Source: Azolla caroliniana
Taxonomy: Eukaryota > Plantae > Polypodiophyta
Length of the DNA stretch: 64,000 nucleotides
NCBI GenBank assembly: GCA_043228905.1
Contig: JBHGNT010000018.1
Location: 12,586,001 to 12,650,000, forward strand
Reading direction: 5' to 3'
Position numbers and translations under genes: made by a program. The notes below the pieces were generated by a model. The model did not search any database. It was not told where the DNA came from and saw nothing but the letters and a program-made list of their open reading frames with translations. Below are positions 61,186-64,000 of this stretch, one piece after another (position 1 is the first letter of the stretch; each line of letters starts with the position of its first letter).

Positions 61186-62051
61186 TTTGAAAGTATACTA
61201 GAGGTATGATTTTTTCCTTCTCTTTGTCCTTTTCTTAACTGATGCTTTGAAATGATGGAAGCAATTACTTAAGCTTGAGATTGATCTGAAGAACTTCCTG
61301 AAGCCTTACCGTGTGAAAAGCTCAGTGTCGTTCTTGATTTCCTGCTTTTTTTCATCTCTTTTGACTCATCTGTCTTCTTATTCAAACAATAATTCTATCT
61401 GCAATCAATGATGAAGGATTCCTCAAGAAGTGGATTCATCATTAATCCATGAATGCAAGTATTCTTTTCAACAAGATTTCACATTTTATCAAATTATTAC
61501 ACTATAGGATTCTTCAAGGAGCTTCTTGAACAAGCTTTCACAGGTCTGTACACATGAATCACTCTTCAAGAATCTTCATCACCAAACAATGGAAGTGATC
61601 CACCAGATGCATCAACATAATGAATTCTGCATAACCTCTTCTCAGGGATCAAAGAAAGATCCAATCCATTATACATATGATTCTTCGACGAGATTTATCA
61701 TTAAGCGATGGATTATTTCAGAATAAAATGAGACTCTGCATATAATGTATATAAACTCCTCTTTCACAGATCAACGAGGAATTATAACTCTTAAAAATGT
61801 GAATGATTGCGAAGAGATTCTTGATTGAGCCATAGAAGTGTAGAAGCTTCTTCATTTTCCATGGCTCAATAAAAATTTGTGATCCGAGGAGCCGATGTTT
61901 GATGTTGTTCCGTGTTGATTGTTGATTGCTATTCCCTGCAGAGCTCTTCTCTATTCGCTACTCGTCGAATGCATTTTTTCAAAAAAAAAAATAGGGAAAA
62001 ATAAGGGGAAAAAACAAGTTAACGAATATTGCAAGAAATATTCTTATACGT

Positions 62052-64000
62052 TGTCGTGCCTTTCGGCTCCGGATCGTTGCGTGAGTAGGGTGGGAACCGC
62101 CGAGGTTTTGGACTAGGAGGAAGAGGAATACAACTTAAGGCTAGTTATGAATAGTAGAAAGAGAAGTAAGATAGCAATCTCGTGAATCCCACGAGTTTAG
62201 TGTATTTAAAACAATATTTAGATTATAAGAGTAATTTAGATGGCAAAATTCGTGAATCCCACGAATATATTAGATTGATCAATCCTTGTATATTAATCCA
62301 CAACCTTACACATATTTCTCTCCTCCTTATATAAAGATGGGAGAGGCTAAGCATGGCTTCATGCTTTTTCACCAAAAGTGTCCATGCACACTAAATGTGC
62401 ATGTGATGCTTTGTCATTTCCTAAGTATAGGGCTCATGCACGCTAGATGTGCATGAGTCACTTTTAATGTCACGTGTAAATAAAGTATTCGCACCCTAAA
62501 GAATACATGATTGTTACCTTTTAATAAAGGTATGTGTAAATAAAGGTCGTATACGTATTAAATCTATATGTATAACACTAAAGATAAGTTATTACAATGG
62601 TAAAGTTGAGGTTTATCTACATGGAGGTGTAGGGTTTGAATCTTGCCCTATGCACGTGATAAATATTTTGATATATTATTTATTTATTTATATGTATCTA
62701 AAATCGGATATATTATTTTATGATTTTCACGTAGTGCGTGGAATACACTACGACACTCGCCCCCTCCGAACCCGCACATCCTCCAGTATGTGCTGAAGTT
62801 CTCGATTCCTCATATCCGTCTTCACCCAAAGCTTCCTCCGATTCTCCCCTTATGTCGACTATGAGTTGTAATTCACTTTCTTCGCTTCCCGCATCACCGT
62901 GGTCTTCGTCCGATTGCTCCTCGTTGTCGGCCTTGGCTTGGATCACATAGGGTTTGTCGTTGGTCCGCTTCTTGAAAATCTTCACCCGCTTCCCGGCTAT
63001 AGGCACTCGTAGTATTGTTCAATCCAACTCGGACAGTCGGTACGTTCCGTTGTTGAAGACTTTCCGAACCTCGTATGGCCCTGAACCACCTTTTCGCGAA
63101 TTTCCGCGTCGTTGTATGTTGATGGTCCAAACTATTGTCATAGACGATCACCCAATCTCCTTCTTCAATCCTCCTCAGTCGTAGTCCGTGCTTTGTGTCG
63201 AACCGGCTTTTGTTCCGGAACCGTGCTTCTTGTTGTCGGCGTATTGCTTCCGCTATGTCTACCGGTCTTCCCTCTAGTTGTCGTATCCGGACCGCTAGTA
63301 GTTCTTCCCGGCTCATCTCTTCCTTCCACGGTAGCACTGTCCATGTTGCGATCGCGGTTTCCGTCGGCATTACCGGTGCTTGTCCGGTCATGAGTTCTGC
63401 CGGCATGTAACCGGTTACGGAGCTATGCGTCGTCCGATCCGCCCATAGTGCATATGGAAGCATCTGCGGCCAGTCCTTCACCTTTCCATCACATGCCTTC
63501 GCAAGTGCTTTCACGATCGGACTATGTCCTCGTTCGATTTTCCCGTTGGCCTCCGGATTGTATGCCATTGTCAGCGATAACCGAACTCCGTGTTTGGCGA
63601 AGAATCCCCTAGCTTTGTCCGAGTCGAGTTCTCCCCGGTCCGCAATCACTTGCTCTACGCACCCGTACCTGCAAAATACTTCCTCCAAAAGAAATTGGCA
63701 TACCGTGGAACACGTTTTCCTCTGAAGCGCTCGACCTTCTACTTGATTCGTGAGATCTTCCCGAGCTAGCACCAAGTATTTCTTTTGTCTAATCCCGGTC
63801 GGCATGGCCACTATGTCGACCATCCACTTGAAGTTGATTGTCGGTGAGAATGTCGAATGTAACTCATCTCGATGTCGAACCCCAGAGTAGACTTGACATT
63901 TCTCGCAGCTTTCCGTGAACTCCACGACATCTTTGTACATTTTCTTCCACCAATATTTTTGCTTGATCTTCACAAATGTTGCCCATGTTCCTCGGTGTCC
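62052..64000 (-). mobile_element. Ty3/Gypsy element H: 3' LTR (62052-62755), PPT and integrase; continues beyond the window
   Basis: LTR and PPT are homologous to C. Integrase 62894-63973 is highly similar to B and G1, with a frameshift near 63080. Confidence 0.93.

Noticed and set aside
61200-61870. Possible decayed coding sequence on the minus strand
   Set aside because: Multiple stops and no recognisable motif; needs a translated search.

Overview
This is eukaryotic, transposon-saturated plant DNA with no intact conventional multi-exon gene. The element lineages suggest a non-seed plant such as a fern, lycophyte or bryophyte (inference). Most of the window resolves into nested insertions, many with target-site duplications (TSDs). 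A TIR DNA element starting at 15427 carries host-gene fragments (two folylpolyglutamate synthase exons and a SMAP1/CSN9-like ORF). It hosts Gypsy A (16383-47347, minus). Gypsy A contains Gypsy B (16748-27550, itself holding gag-only element C, 23399-26898) and Copia D (29650-40421, itself holding intact Copia E, 32417-37867). The TIR element also appears to host chromovirus F (49190-56140), nested hAT elements (from 59630; 59951-61185) and Gypsy H (from 62052). The left 15 kb holds the 3' end of Gypsy Z, degenerate Gypsy G1, an LTR split by a 7.3-kb TIR element that contains a LINE fragment, and an old Copia. Most notable: (1) two divergent Gypsy elements (Z and A) lack a polypurine tract next to the 3' LTR and instead share a covarying hairpin ending in a tRNA-Arg 3'-end mimic (...GTCCCAyrGGCGTGCCA) complementary to the PBS, plus a homologous large extra ORF; (2) the tRNA-Trp-primed Gypsy lineage makes 4-bp TSDs, and all 5 visible junction tetramers are centred on CpG; (3) element B has a probable -1 frameshift located after the protease; (4) the C/H LTRs carry a tRNA-like Pol III cassette. 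All homology calls are from motif recognition, not database searches.
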